Shown here piece by piece: positions 40,433 through 50,483 of a DNA stretch of 64,000 nt. The stretch is from Candidatus Omnitrophota bacterium (GTDB lineage: Bacteria; Omnitrophota; Gorgyraeia; Gygaellales; Profunditerraquicolaceae): NCBI GenBank assembly GCA_028712255.1, contig JAQTQJ010000006.1, positions 44,813 to 108,812 of the forward strand. The letters run 5' to 3'. The stretch's first letter is position 1. Each line of letters begins with the position of its first letter. The notes beneath the pieces are model-generated. The model was not told where the DNA came from. It searched no databases and worked only from the letters and a program-made list of their open reading frames with translations. Both the position numbers and the translations under genes were made by a program.

Positions 40433-41055
40433 TTTCTAGAATTACAGGAAAAGTTTTAGAAAAAGGCCTTAACTATTTAATTCTGGATTTAGGCGGGTTA
40501 AGTTATGAGGTTTTTATACCTGCCTGTGTCATGCAAGGAATCGATAAGTCAATCAATCCGGATGGCCCAGTATCCTTACTAACTTATCATTATTATCAGG
40601 TAGAACAATCAAAAAGTACTCCGATTTTAATTGGATTTCTAAATCAAGTTGAAAAAGATTTTTTTGAAATTTTTATTACTGTATCCGGTATTGGCCCGAA
40701 AGCAGCTTTAAAAGCACTAAATCAACCGATATCATTGATAGCTAAGGCTATAGATGAAGGGGATTTGGTTTATTTAAAGTCTCTGCCTGGTATTGGTGAA
40801 CAAAGAGCCAAGGAGATTGTGGCTAAATTACAAAATAAAGTAGGTAAATTCGGCCTTATCCAGGATCAAGATACCCCAGCTAAGATTATATCAAAAAACA
40901 TATCTGAAGAGGCCCTGGATGTCTTGCTGCAATTGCAATACAAGAGATCGGAGGCCCTGGGAATGATTAAAAAAGTTCTGTCGGCTAATTCACAAGTTAA
41001 CACTACTGAAGACCTCTTAAATTTGGTCTATAAACAAAAATGCCTGGTGAAGTAA
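40429..41055 (+). CDS. ruvA: Holliday junction DNA helicase RuvA
   Basis: MISRITGKV N-terminus and HhH motifs (GIGPKAA, LPGIGEQRA). Confidence 0.9.
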   Translation: MISRITGKVLEKGLNYLILDLGGLSYEVFIPACVMQGIDKSINPDGPVSLLTYHYYQVEQSKSTPILIGFLNQVEKDFFEIFITVSGIGPKAALKALNQPISLIAKAIDEGDLVYLKSLPGIGEQRAKEIVAKLQNKVGKFGLIQDQDTPAKIISKNISEEALDVLLQLQYKRSEALGMIKKVLSANSQVNTTEDLLNLVYKQKCLVK

Positions 41056-41663
41056 ATATGGAAGAGAATAATTTAAAATCTGCTGTTGAAGCTTTAATTT
41101 TTGCATCCGAAAAACCAATTACTCTTGAACAAATAAAAAAGGTTTTGGAAATTCCGGATAATGACAGCATAAATAAGATTATCGAAGAATTAAAAACCGA
41201 GTATATAGCGCAAAACCGGGGTATCCGTGTAACAGAAGTTGCGGGAGGTTTTCAGATGATTACCTCTAATATCTTTGCGCCCTTTCTGAAGAAACTCTTT
41301 AAAAACCGTTATAATGATAAACTATCAAAGCAGGCTCTGGAAAGCTTGGCCATTATTGCATATAAACAGCCTTTAACCAAGGTAGAGATAGAGTCTCTAA
41401 GAAACGTCAATATTGACGGTGTAATGAAGAGTTTATTGGAAAAGAATTTAATTCGTATATGTGGGAGAAAAAAGATCCCTGGTAGGCCATATGTATTTGG
41501 GACTACTCGGGAATTTCTTGAACATTTTGGATTAAAGTCTCTTCAGGATCTCCCTAAAATTGAAGATTTTACGGTTTTGGCTCAGCAAAAACAAGAAGAG
41601 AATATCGAGCCGATTATTCAAGAAGATTTGGAGGTTAAAAATGAGCCTAGGCAAATTGCGTAA
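41040..41663 (+). CDS. scpB: segregation and condensation protein B
   Basis: Two winged-helix repeats. The N-terminal AVEALIFASEKPIT matches the ScpB family. Confidence 0.8.
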   Translation: MPGEVNMEENNLKSAVEALIFASEKPITLEQIKKVLEIPDNDSINKIIEELKTEYIAQNRGIRVTEVAGGFQMITSNIFAPFLKKLFKNRYNDKLSKQALESLAIIAYKQPLTKVEIESLRNVNIDGVMKSLLEKNLIRICGRKKIPGRPYVFGTTREFLEHFGLKSLQDLPKIEDFTVLAQQKQEENIEPIIQEDLEVKNEPRQIA

Positions 41664-42699
41664 AGAGATTGACCAGCTTGATCGTAAATTAATTGCTTTA
41701 TTGAATTTACGTGTTGAGGCAACTAAAAAAATTGGCAGAATTAAGATTGATACTGGTAAAAGTATTTATACTCCTGAAAGAGAGATGGATGTTTTGAAAA
41801 AAGTCGGCAGCTTAAATCGTGGGCCTTTAAAAAAGGGGGCACTTGAAGCGATTTACCGGGAGATTATGTCTGCAGGCCTTGCCCTGGAAAGAGTTTTAAA
41901 AATTGCCTATATGGGGCCGGAAGCTTCTTTTAGTAATTTGGCGGCTTTGAAAAGATTCGGTTCACAGATGGAATATATCGCTTGTGGTAGTATTCCGGAA
42001 GTATTTTTAGATGTAGAAAGGGATGCTGCTGATTATGGGGTAGTTCCGGTAGAAAATTCCATTGAGGGTGCAGTAACTCATACTTTGGATATGTTGGTAG
42101 ATTCAGATCTATTAATTTGTGCCCAAGTAAATCTAGATGTATCGCATAATTTATTAGCTAATTGTCCGAAGCACAAAATTCTAAAAGTTTATTCAAACCC
42201 GCAAGTTTTTGGGCAATGCCGTATTTGGCTCAAGAAAAATCTACCTAATGCGCATTTGATTGATGTATCTAGCACAACTTATGCGGCCCAGGTAGCAAAA
42301 AAGGAGAAGAATAGTGCGTCTATTGCTTCGCTATTAGCCTCAAAGGTTTATGGTTTAAAAGTAATATCTTATGGAATCCAGGATACTTTACATAATATTA
42401 CACGATTTCTTGTAGTTGGTAAAAATCCTGCAAAACCTACGGGACATGATAAGACATCGCTGCTTTTTTCGATTAAGGACCGGGTAGGTGCTTTATATGA
42501 GATGCTTCTGCCTTTCCGTAAATATGGGGTTAATCTTACTAAAATTGAATCACGTCCGTCAAAAAAGAAGGCTTGGGAATATTATTTCTTTGTGGATATT
42601 TCAGGCCACAAAGATGACCTAAAAATAAAGAAGGCACTGAATGAATTAGAGCGTCGATGCACTTACTTGAAAATTTTAGGTTCTTACCCACAAGGATAA
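41641..42699 (+). CDS. pheA: bifunctional chorismate mutase / prephenate dehydratase
   Basis: Chorismate-mutase II helix (LRKEIDQLDRKLIALLNLR), a PDT domain and a C-terminal ACT. The start is set at the internal ATG with RBS; the track start overlaps scpB. Confidence 0.85.
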   Translation: MSLGKLRKEIDQLDRKLIALLNLRVEATKKIGRIKIDTGKSIYTPEREMDVLKKVGSLNRGPLKKGALEAIYREIMSAGLALERVLKIAYMGPEASFSNLAALKRFGSQMEYIACGSIPEVFLDVERDAADYGVVPVENSIEGAVTHTLDMLVDSDLLICAQVNLDVSHNLLANCPKHKILKVYSNPQVFGQCRIWLKKNLPNAHLIDVSSTTYAAQVAKKEKNSASIASLLASKVYGLKVISYGIQDTLHNITRFLVVGKNPAKPTGHDKTSLLFSIKDRVGALYEMLLPFRKYGVNLTKIESRPSKKKAWEYYFFVDISGHKDDLKIKKALNELERRCTYLKILGSYPQG

Positions 42700-42714
42700 G
42701 TATTCCTATATTTT

Positions 42715-43875
42715 TTGGAGAAAAAAGAAGTGAAAGAGTTAATACGAAAAAGCATTGTGAATGTTAAACCTTATACTCCCGGTAAGCCTATCGAAGAGAC
42801 TAAGAGGCAACTGGGATTAAGCCAGGTTTTTAAGCTTGCCTCTAATGAAAACCCATTGGGCCCTTCGCCAAAAGCAGTCAGGGCAATGAAAAAATGCCTG
42901 TTACAAGTTAACCGTTATCCAGATGCCCAAGGTTTTTATTTAAAAAAACGGCTTAGTGAATATTTCGGGTTAGTACCAGAGAATTTTGTTTTAGGTAATG
43001 GTTCCGATGAGCTCATTGATGTGTTAATCAAAACCTTCGTCGAATCAGATGAGAATATTGTTACCGCCGACACCACTTTTTTAGAATATGAGATTATTGC
43101 CCGGATCAATGAGCGTAGAGTTAAAAAAGCCCCACTTAGTTATTTTAAGTATGATTTAGGGGCCATTTTAAAATTGGTAGATAAAAAAACAAAATTGGTT
43201 TTTATTGCTAATCCCAATAATCCTACAGGAACGTATGTTACTAAAAATGAGGTTGAGAGGTTTTTAAATGCCCTTCCTAAGCATGTTGTGGTGGTTTTTG
43301 ATGAAGCCTACAATGCCTTCATAGATGTTAATGATTACCCGGATAGCTTAAATTTTTTAAAACGTAAAAAAAGAATCGTTATTCTGCAAACATTCTCTAA
43401 GGCTTATGGCTTGGCCGGTTTACGTTTAGGTTATGCGATTGCACAACCGGAATTAGTTTCCTACATGGAACGAGTCAGGCAACCATTTAATGTCAATAGC
43501 CTAGCCCAAGCAGCAGGAATAGCTGCGATAGGGGATAAAAATTTTCTTAAAAAAACGCGTAAGATAACCCTGGAGGGCAAGGATTTTATTTACCAAAATT
43601 TATCTCAAATGGGATTGGGTTATGTTCCTTCGGTTGCTAATTTTATCCTGATAGATATGGGGATGGATGGTTTAAAGGTTTTTAGAGAGATGCTTAAATT
43701 CGGAGTAATTGTCCGGGATATGAACCAATATGGATTGAGAAATTTTATTCGACTGACTATCGGCACTCAAAAAGAAAACCAAAGATCCATGCAAATTTTA
43801 AGAAAAATTTTAACACCCCGTGCTTGTAAGGTATCGCGCGGGTATGCCCTTGTGGCAAGGAGACAGGCCAAATGA
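42715..43875 (+). CDS. hisC: histidinol-phosphate / aromatic aminotransferase (class II PLP)
   Basis: Family match with SKAYGLAGLRLGY around the PLP-binding Lys, inside an aromatic amino-acid gene cluster. Confidence 0.8.
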   Translation: MEKKEVKELIRKSIVNVKPYTPGKPIEETKRQLGLSQVFKLASNENPLGPSPKAVRAMKKCLLQVNRYPDAQGFYLKKRLSEYFGLVPENFVLGNGSDELIDVLIKTFVESDENIVTADTTFLEYEIIARINERRVKKAPLSYFKYDLGAILKLVDKKTKLVFIANPNNPTGTYVTKNEVERFLNALPKHVVVVFDEAYNAFIDVNDYPDSLNFLKRKKRIVILQTFSKAYGLAGLRLGYAIAQPELVSYMERVRQPFNVNSLAQAAGIAAIGDKNFLKKTRKITLEGKDFIYQNLSQMGLGYVPSVANFILIDMGMDGLKVFREMLKFGVIVRDMNQYGLRNFIRLTIGTQKENQRSMQILRKILTPRACKVSRGYALVARRQAK

Positions 43876-44900
43876 TTATTGTCTTAAAACCTGAGGCAAC
43901 ACAAGCACAAGTAGATCATATTATCGATAAAGTTAAAGCATTAGGTTTAACGCCCCATGTTTCTAAGGGATCAAAGAGGACTATTATTGGCGTTATCGGT
44001 CCGGAGGACCTATTAAGGGTTACTCCTTTAGAGGTTTTTCCGGGAGTAGAGAATGTTATACCAGTACTTTCGCCGTTTAGATTAGTCTCCAGAGAATTTA
44101 AAAAAGAGGATTCAATAATCGAGCTTGGCCGGGGCGTAAAAATCGGGGGGATAGAAATAGTCGCTATGGCCGGACCCTGTACCATTGAAAATATTGATAG
44201 TTTATTTACGATTGCTAAAGAAGTAAAGAAAGCCGGTGCAACTGTGCTTCGTGGCGGAGCTTTTAAGCCCAGGACATCTCCTTATAGTTTTCAAGGATTA
44301 GGTAGGGCCGGTCTACAGATGCTACGAGAGGTAGGGAATGAACTAGGGATGGTTACAGTCAGTGAAGTAATGGATCCTAGGGATGTAAGTTTAGTTGCTG
44401 ATTACGTAGATGTCCTGCAAATTGGCTGCCGTAATATGCAAAATTTTAATCTTTTAAAAGAGGTAGGCGCAACTAAAAAACCTGTACTTTTAAAACGAGG
44501 CATGGCTTCTACAATTAAGGATATGTTAATGTCTGCTGAATATATTTTAAGCGCTGGTAATTTTTCAGTAATTCTTTGTGAGAGAGGAATCCGTACATTT
44601 GAAGATTCTACTCGTAATACTTTAGATATAAGCGCAGTCCCCGTAACAAAACAACTTTCGCATTTACCGATAATCGTTGATCCGTCCCATGCAGCCGGTA
44701 AATGGGGTCTGGTGCCTGCTTTAGCTAAAGCAGCTGTTGCAGCAGGCGCAGATGGCTTGATTATTGAAGTACACAACCATCCCGAAGAGGCTGTCTCCGA
44801 TGGAGCGCAATCACTTATTCCGGATAGATTCCTTGAACTTATGGTCCAGCTTAAAGATATTGCTAATTGCATAGGAAGAAAATTTAATGAGAGTGTTTGA
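43872..44900 (+). CDS. 3-deoxy-7-phosphoheptulonate (DAHP) synthase, type I-beta with N-terminal ferredoxin-like regulatory domain
   Basis: N-terminal about 75-aa regulatory domain plus a KDO8PS-like core (GPCTIEN...LRGGAFKPRTSPY). Confidence 0.8.
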   Translation: MIIVLKPEATQAQVDHIIDKVKALGLTPHVSKGSKRTIIGVIGPEDLLRVTPLEVFPGVENVIPVLSPFRLVSREFKKEDSIIELGRGVKIGGIEIVAMAGPCTIENIDSLFTIAKEVKKAGATVLRGGAFKPRTSPYSFQGLGRAGLQMLREVGNELGMVTVSEVMDPRDVSLVADYVDVLQIGCRNMQNFNLLKEVGATKKPVLLKRGMASTIKDMLMSAEYILSAGNFSVILCERGIRTFEDSTRNTLDISAVPVTKQLSHLPIIVDPSHAAGKWGLVPALAKAAVAAGADGLIIEVHNHPEEAVSDGAQSLIPDRFLELMVQLKDIANCIGRKFNESV

Positions 44901-45717
44901 TAAAGTTGTAATTATTGGCACAGGGCTAATCGGAGCATCCTTAGGGCTAGACTTAAAGAAAAGGCGTTTGGTAGGCCAAATTACGGGCTTAAGCCGTCAC
45001 AACAAGAATGCTTACTTTTCTAAAAAAATGGGAGCTGTTGACCAAGCAGTCACATCTTTGGATGCCGTGCAAGATGCTGATTTAGTTATATTAGCTACCC
45101 CAGTTGATACAATTATTGATATTGGATTAAAAATAGCAAAGAAAATAAAAAGAGGCTGTATCGTTATTGATGTCGGAAGCAGTAAAGAAAATATTGTATT
45201 TGAATTAAGCAAAGTAATCCCAAATTTTATCGGCTGTCATCCAATGGCTGGTTCGGAAAAGCGCGGGGCTTTTAATCTTCAAGCAGGTATTTTCAACGGT
45301 TCGGTTTGCATTATTACTCCCAATTCATTAACTAATAATAGTGCATTGAATAAAATAAGGTTGTTTTGGAGAAGGTTAGGATCGCGGATAGTTGTCCTTA
45401 GCCCAGAAAAACACGATCAGATTTTAGCACTTACCAGCCACCTGCCGCATGCAATAGCATTTTCTTTAATAAATACGATTCCGGATGAATTTTTAAACTT
45501 AAGCTCTGGTGGTTTAAAGGATTCTACCCGCATTGCTGCTTCGGATAACGATCTCTGGAGCCAAATATTTTTAAGTAACCGTCGTAATTTACTGGATGCA
45601 CTTTTGACCTTCCAGGCAAAACTCAATATCTTAAAACTTGCCTTAAGAAACAAAAATAAAAAACTTTTATCAAAATTCCTCGGGTTGGCCAGGGAAAAGC
45701 GGAAGAAATTAAAATGA
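44887..45717 (+). CDS. tyrA: prephenate dehydrogenase
   Basis: Rossmann motif IIGTGLIGAS and a TyrA-like C-terminal domain. Confidence 0.8.
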   Translation: MRVFDKVVIIGTGLIGASLGLDLKKRRLVGQITGLSRHNKNAYFSKKMGAVDQAVTSLDAVQDADLVILATPVDTIIDIGLKIAKKIKRGCIVIDVGSSKENIVFELSKVIPNFIGCHPMAGSEKRGAFNLQAGIFNGSVCIITPNSLTNNSALNKIRLFWRRLGSRIVVLSPEKHDQILALTSHLPHAIAFSLINTIPDEFLNLSSGGLKDSTRIAASDNDLWSQIFLSNRRNLLDALLTFQAKLNILKLALRNKNKKLLSKFLGLAREKRKKLK

Positions 45718-46367
45718 TTATTGCTGTTGATGGGCCAAGCGGCGCAGGGAAAAGTACAGTTGCCAGAATCCTGGCCAAAAGGCTAGGTTTTCTTTATATT
45801 GATACTGGCGCAATGTATAGGGCTTTAACCCTAAAAGTTTTAGAGAATAACATACCAGTAGCTGATGAAAAGAAAATCTTTGAACTTGCCTGTTCGACAA
45901 AAATAGACCTGCAGAGTAACCCAGATGGTTCACTAAAGGTTATCTTGGATGGTAGAGATATCTCTTTGGATATTCGCAAGCCAAAAATTACTCAATTTGT
46001 TTCTGATATAGCTAAGATAAAGGATGTACGCCAGATACTGGTTAAATTACAAAGAGAATTTGGCCAAAGAGGTGAGTGTGTTTTAGATGGCAGAGATATT
46101 GGTACGGTAGTTTTTCCTTGCGCCCAAAAGAAATTTTTTATTGACGCATCCGCACAGGAGAGGGTAAACCGCCGTTTTAAAGAATTAAGAGGTTTAGGGC
46201 AAAATGTTTCAGAGGATGATGTTGCTAAAGATTTAGCTAACCGTGATAAAATCGATTCTACTCGAGAAGCATCACCTTTACGTAAGGCAATAGATGCAAT
46301 TTATATTGATACTACCAAGCTTTCTATCGAACAGGTAGTAGATAAAATGGCTGAATATATAGGATAA
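45714..46367 (+). CDS. cmk: cytidylate kinase
   Basis: IIAVDGPSGAGKST P-loop, 217 aa. Confidence 0.9.
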   Translation: MIIAVDGPSGAGKSTVARILAKRLGFLYIDTGAMYRALTLKVLENNIPVADEKKIFELACSTKIDLQSNPDGSLKVILDGRDISLDIRKPKITQFVSDIAKIKDVRQILVKLQREFGQRGECVLDGRDIGTVVFPCAQKKFFIDASAQERVNRRFKELRGLGQNVSEDDVAKDLANRDKIDSTREASPLRKAIDAIYIDTTKLSIEQVVDKMAEYIG

Positions 46368-48167
46368 ATGGATAAAGCCCTCCTGAGAAATTTTTCAATC
46401 ATTGCCCATATTGACCATGGTAAATCCACTTTAGCTGACCGGATATTGGAGATAACCGGAGCAGTAGATATACGCCATAAGGGAGACCAGCTTCTTGATG
46501 ATATGGAGCTAGAGAAAGAACGGGGAATTACTATAAAAGCTTCAATGGTCAGATTAAATTATTTTTCCAAAAAATTTAATAAGGAATATATCCTGAATCT
46601 CATTGATACTCCGGGCCATGTTGATTTTACTTATGAAGTCTCCAAATCTCTTGCTGCTTGTGAAGGAGCAGTTCTTGTGATAGATGCCGGGCAGGGCATA
46701 GAGGCGCAGACCGTGGGAAATTATTATCTGGCTTTAGAAAATAACCTCAATGTAATTCCGGTGATCAATAAAGTCGATTTGATTTCCGCAGATGTTCCCC
46801 GGGTAAAATTACAGGTTGAAACCGTTTTAGGTTTTAAGGAAGAAGAGATTATTTTGGCTTCCGCAAAAGAGGGAACAGGCGTTATTGAAATTTTAGACAG
46901 GATTATCGAAACTATACCGGCTCCGGCTGGCAAAATAGAAAACCCACTTAAGGCTTTAATTTTTGATTGCCGTTTCGATGCTTTTAAAGGAGTAGTTGTT
47001 TTTGTTAAGGTTATAGACGGACAGATTTCCCCTAAAACCCAATTAAAGATGTTCCATGCCGGTAAAATCTATAAAATTGAAGAACTGGGAGTGTTTAAAG
47101 ACCTAAAATATTCAGCAGTAGATTTGTTAACGTGTGGAGAAGTTGGTTACTTCACGGCTAATCTTCGTGATCCACGCGAGGTGGTCATTGGAGATACAAT
47201 TACTGACCCCAAAAATCCTTGCGATCAGGCTCTGCCTGGTTACCGTAAATTAAAACCTCTTGTGTTTTGCGGTATCTATCCGGTAAATCCAGCTGATTTT
47301 CCTCAGTTACGCGATGCCATGGATAAATTAAAGCTTTCTGATGCTTCATTTGTGTTTGAGCCTGAAAATTCCCAGTCATTCGGAACTGGTTTTCGCTGTG
47401 GATTCTTGGGCCTTTTACATATGGAGATTGTCCAAGAGAGGCTTGAGCGTGAATATAATTTGAACCTTATTCTTACCGTCCCCAATGTAGTCTACCGTAT
47501 AAAAACAAAATCCGGTGAAGTAATAGAAGTAGATACTCCTGCTAAACTTTGTGCATCTAGCGATATTGAGGAATCCCTGGAGCCATATGCTAGTTTGCTT
47601 ATGATAGTTCCGGTTGATTCTATTGAAGCAGTTTGTGATTTTACCAAATCGCGCAGAGGAATATTTGTTTCCAATGAATACTTGGGTGAAGATCGTGTGA
47701 AAGTTGTCTTCTCCATACCGCTTTCCGAAATAATCGTTGATTTCTATGATCGCATAAAGTCAATTACTCGTGGTTATGGTTCCATGGATTATGAGGTAAA
47801 AGAATACTTGCCAACAAAACTGGTAAAACTTGATATCCTGCTTAATGGCCAGATCTGTGATGCCTTTTCCTCACTGATGTTTAAAGAAAAAGCTGTCTCA
47901 AGAGCCCATCTTTTAGTCGGGAAATTAAGAGAATTAATCCCCCGCCAGCTATTCGAAGTGAGTATACAGGCAGCAGTAGGAAGCCAGATTTTGGCTTCTG
48001 AAAAAGTACGTTGCGTAGGCAAACATGCTACAAGTAAATGTTCCGGAGGAGATATTACACGTAAGCGTAAACTTTGGGAGACTCAAAAAAAGGGGAAGAA
48101 GCGGTTAAAACAGTTCGGTAAAGTTGAAATACCGCAAGAAGCATTTTTGGAGGTATTAAAAATATGA
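46368..48167 (+). CDS. lepA: elongation factor 4 (LepA)
   Basis: NFSIIAHIDHGKSTL G-domain plus the LepA C-terminal domain, 599 aa. Confidence 0.95.
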   Translation: MDKALLRNFSIIAHIDHGKSTLADRILEITGAVDIRHKGDQLLDDMELEKERGITIKASMVRLNYFSKKFNKEYILNLIDTPGHVDFTYEVSKSLAACEGAVLVIDAGQGIEAQTVGNYYLALENNLNVIPVINKVDLISADVPRVKLQVETVLGFKEEEIILASAKEGTGVIEILDRIIETIPAPAGKIENPLKALIFDCRFDAFKGVVVFVKVIDGQISPKTQLKMFHAGKIYKIEELGVFKDLKYSAVDLLTCGEVGYFTANLRDPREVVIGDTITDPKNPCDQALPGYRKLKPLVFCGIYPVNPADFPQLRDAMDKLKLSDASFVFEPENSQSFGTGFRCGFLGLLHMEIVQERLEREYNLNLILTVPNVVYRIKTKSGEVIEVDTPAKLCASSDIEESLEPYASLLMIVPVDSIEAVCDFTKSRRGIFVSNEYLGEDRVKVVFSIPLSEIIVDFYDRIKSITRGYGSMDYEVKEYLPTKLVKLDILLNGQICDAFSSLMFKEKAVSRAHLLVGKLRELIPRQLFEVSIQAAVGSQILASEKVRCVGKHATSKCSGGDITRKRKLWETQKKGKKRLKQFGKVEIPQEAFLEVLKI

Positions 48168-48739
48168 GTTTAAAAAAGAAATCCGTTTTACGAGATTGGA
48201 TTGAATCAATCGTAGTCGCTTTTTTACTGGCGATGGTTATCCGCGCTTTCCTGATCCAGGCTTTTAAGATTCCTACAGGTTCAATGCGTATGACCTTGAT
48301 TGAAGGCGATCTTATTCTGGTAAACAAGTTTATTTATGGTGCAAAAATTCCTCTTACTAACTGGCGCCTTCCTGCTTTAAGGCAGCCTAAACGCGGGGAT
48401 GTAATTGTTTTTATTTATCCTGAAGACAAGAAGAAGGATTTTATAAAAAGGTTAGTTGGCTTGCCGGGTGAGACAATTGAGATTAAAGGTGGATCCATTT
48501 ATGTAAATGATAAACCGGCTATTGAGCCAATTTTTAACCAGATTTATTATTACAATAGAGGAGAGTTTGCTTCTGAAGGAGAAAAGATTATCGTTCCCAA
48601 AGACAGTTATTTTGTGTTAGGAGATAATTCCACTTCTTCCAAAGACAGCCGCTATTGGGGATTTGTTCCCAAAGAAGACCTTTTAGGACAGGCCTTAATC
48701 GTTTATTGGCCTCCGCAACGCATAAGGGTAATTAAATAA
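48164..48739 (+). CDS. lepB: signal peptidase I
   Basis: N-terminal TM, the catalytic serine box (IPTGSM) and lysine box (GDNSTSSKDSRYWG). Confidence 0.9.
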   Translation: MSLKKKSVLRDWIESIVVAFLLAMVIRAFLIQAFKIPTGSMRMTLIEGDLILVNKFIYGAKIPLTNWRLPALRQPKRGDVIVFIYPEDKKKDFIKRLVGLPGETIEIKGGSIYVNDKPAIEPIFNQIYYYNRGEFASEGEKIIVPKDSYFVLGDNSTSSKDSRYWGFVPKEDLLGQALIVYWPPQRIRVIK

Positions 48740-48755
48740 AGGGAAAAAGGACAAA

Positions 48756-49319
48756 ATGAACATAGCGAACAAAATTTCTACATTTCGCATTCTCAGCGTT
48801 CCATTTTTTATCGCCTGCCTTGTATATTATACGCCCCAAAGAATATATTTAAAAGATTTGGCTTTGGCCATATTTATTTTAGGGGTCATTTCGGACGGCC
48901 TAGATGGTTTTATTGCCAGAAAAGCTAAAATACAATCAAAAGCCGGTTTAATTTTGGATCCTTTAGGAGATAAGCTTTTATTGATGAGTGCTTTCATATT
49001 CTTATCTCCAATGAGTAGGCTAGAGTTGAAGTTTCCGCTTTGGGTTGTTTTCATTGTAATTTCACGAGATTTAATCATTATCATGGGAGCAGTAGTCATT
49101 TATATGGTAAAACAAACAATAGATGTCTATCCTACAAAATGGGGTAAACTTACCACAATATTTCAAATGCTTTCTGTTATCTGTGTTTTATTGCAATGGA
49201 GATCTACCGGATTAATTTGGTGGTTAGCGGTTATTTTTACCGTTATTTCAGGAATAGATTACGTAAAAAGAGGGTTTAAAATTCTATATGCTCTGGACAA
49301 TCGTCGCACTTCTAACTAG
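48756..49319 (+). CDS. pgsA: CDP-alcohol phosphatidyltransferase (PgsA-like)
   Basis: DGxxAR...GxxxDxxxD motif (DGLDGFIARK...GLILDPLGDK). Confidence 0.8.
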   Translation: MNIANKISTFRILSVPFFIACLVYYTPQRIYLKDLALAIFILGVISDGLDGFIARKAKIQSKAGLILDPLGDKLLLMSAFIFLSPMSRLELKFPLWVVFIVISRDLIIIMGAVVIYMVKQTIDVYPTKWGKLTTIFQMLSVICVLLQWRSTGLIWWLAVIFTVISGIDYVKRGFKILYALDNRRTSN

Positions 49320-49908
49320 TTACTTGTTAGGCTCTATACCTACTGCCTATCTTTTTGGTAAAGTTTTAAAAGGGATTGATATCCGCGAAGTTGGCTCTGG
49401 CAATGTGGGAGCAACCAATGCCATGCGTGCTTTAGGTAAAGGGCCGGGGATAGCTGTTTTAATTTTAGACATATTGAAGGGCTTTATCGCGGTTATATTT
49501 TTAACGAATTATTTTCTAGATAAGGCCATTTTATTACAAGCACAAAACTTAGCTATTCTCATGGGGTTATGTTGTATTTGTGGCCACAACTGGACTATAT
49601 TTTTAAAGCTTAAAGGAGGAAAAGGAATCGCTACTTCACTGGGGGTTTTACTCGGACTATCATTAAGAATACCTGGATTGAATATCATAATGGGGTTAAT
49701 AATTTTAATCTGGTTTATTGTTTTTATTAGCTCAAGAATGGTGTCTTTGGCTTCAATTTCTGCCGGTATCGCGTTGCCAATTCTCTGTTTTCTTTTTAAG
49801 CAGCCTTTTTGGCTTGTTTTAGTGGCTCTGTTGCTTTGTTTTTTCGTGATTATCCGGCACAAAACTAACCTAGATAGAATATTCCACGGGAAAGAACCCC
49901 GCCTGTAA
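49288..49908 (+). CDS. plsY: glycerol-3-phosphate acyltransferase PlsY
   Basis: LLGSIPTAYLFGK...GSGNVGATN matches the PlsY family. Confidence 0.9.
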   Translation: MLWTIVALLTSYLLGSIPTAYLFGKVLKGIDIREVGSGNVGATNAMRALGKGPGIAVLILDILKGFIAVIFLTNYFLDKAILLQAQNLAILMGLCCICGHNWTIFLKLKGGKGIATSLGVLLGLSLRIPGLNIIMGLIILIWFIVFISSRMVSLASISAGIALPILCFLFKQPFWLVLVALLLCFFVIIRHKTNLDRIFHGKEPRL

Positions 49909-49956
49909 AAACAAGGGGACGGTTCTCATGAGAAAGAGAACCGTCCCCTTGTTTTA
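49907..49956 (+). terminator. palindromic terminator AAAACAAGGGGACGGTTCTC-loop-GAGAACCGTCCCCTTGTTTT
   Basis: A 20-bp perfect stem overlapping the plsY stop, sharing the GGGGACGGTTCT core with 15583. Confidence 0.7.
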
Positions 49957-50101
49957 AAATCAAAAGTAAACGCTTTCTTTTTTAAGCCAAATCCTATTGA
50001 TTTGGCTTTTTTTTAATTGCATACTTTACTGTAATAATCCCCACCAGCATGAGGGGAGCCGGATTTAGCATAACGACAATCCGGCTAATTATAAGGAAAA
50101 T

Positions 50102-50440
50102 ATGCGCGACCTACTTTATAAAAACCTGACTTTTTCTGAAAAAGGCAGGAAAATCATTAGCAGTTCTGAAATAACCGATAAGGAAGGCGTCCATAGTGTA
50201 GTGCGCCGTCATTTTGCCTGCATGATAAGACAAATCGAAGGTACTAATATCCCTAAATCTCAGTCCTATCTTTTCGTCTTAAAGAGTAGAAATACTAAGG
50301 AAAAAAAAGAGCACTTCTTTTGTAAAATCAAAGGAAGCCTTTTAGCAGTAAATAAAGAGAAACTATTTCTTATTTCATTTGTTCACACCTTAAACATTGA
50401 GCTTACAATTTCCCCTAAGTTACCCCAACAAATCGGCTAA
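50102..50440 (+). CDS. hypothetical small protein (112 aa)
   Basis: An ORF with no recognisable family, bracketed by terminators and a promoter. Weak call. Confidence 0.3.
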   Translation: MRDLLYKNLTFSEKGRKIISSSEITDKEGVHSVVRRHFACMIRQIEGTNIPKSQSYLFVLKSRNTKEKKEHFFCKIKGSLLAVNKEKLFLISFVHTLNIELTISPKLPQQIG

Positions 50441-50446
50441 TTTTAT

Positions 50447-50474
50447 TTGACATGAATTTTAAGTTGTATATAAT
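50447..50474 (+). promoter_or_regulatory. promoter TTGACA-16-TATAAT for the large OMP gene
   Basis: Consensus hexamers 10-35 nt upstream of the ATG at 50484. Confidence 0.55.
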
Positions 50475-50483
50475 AATAGCAAT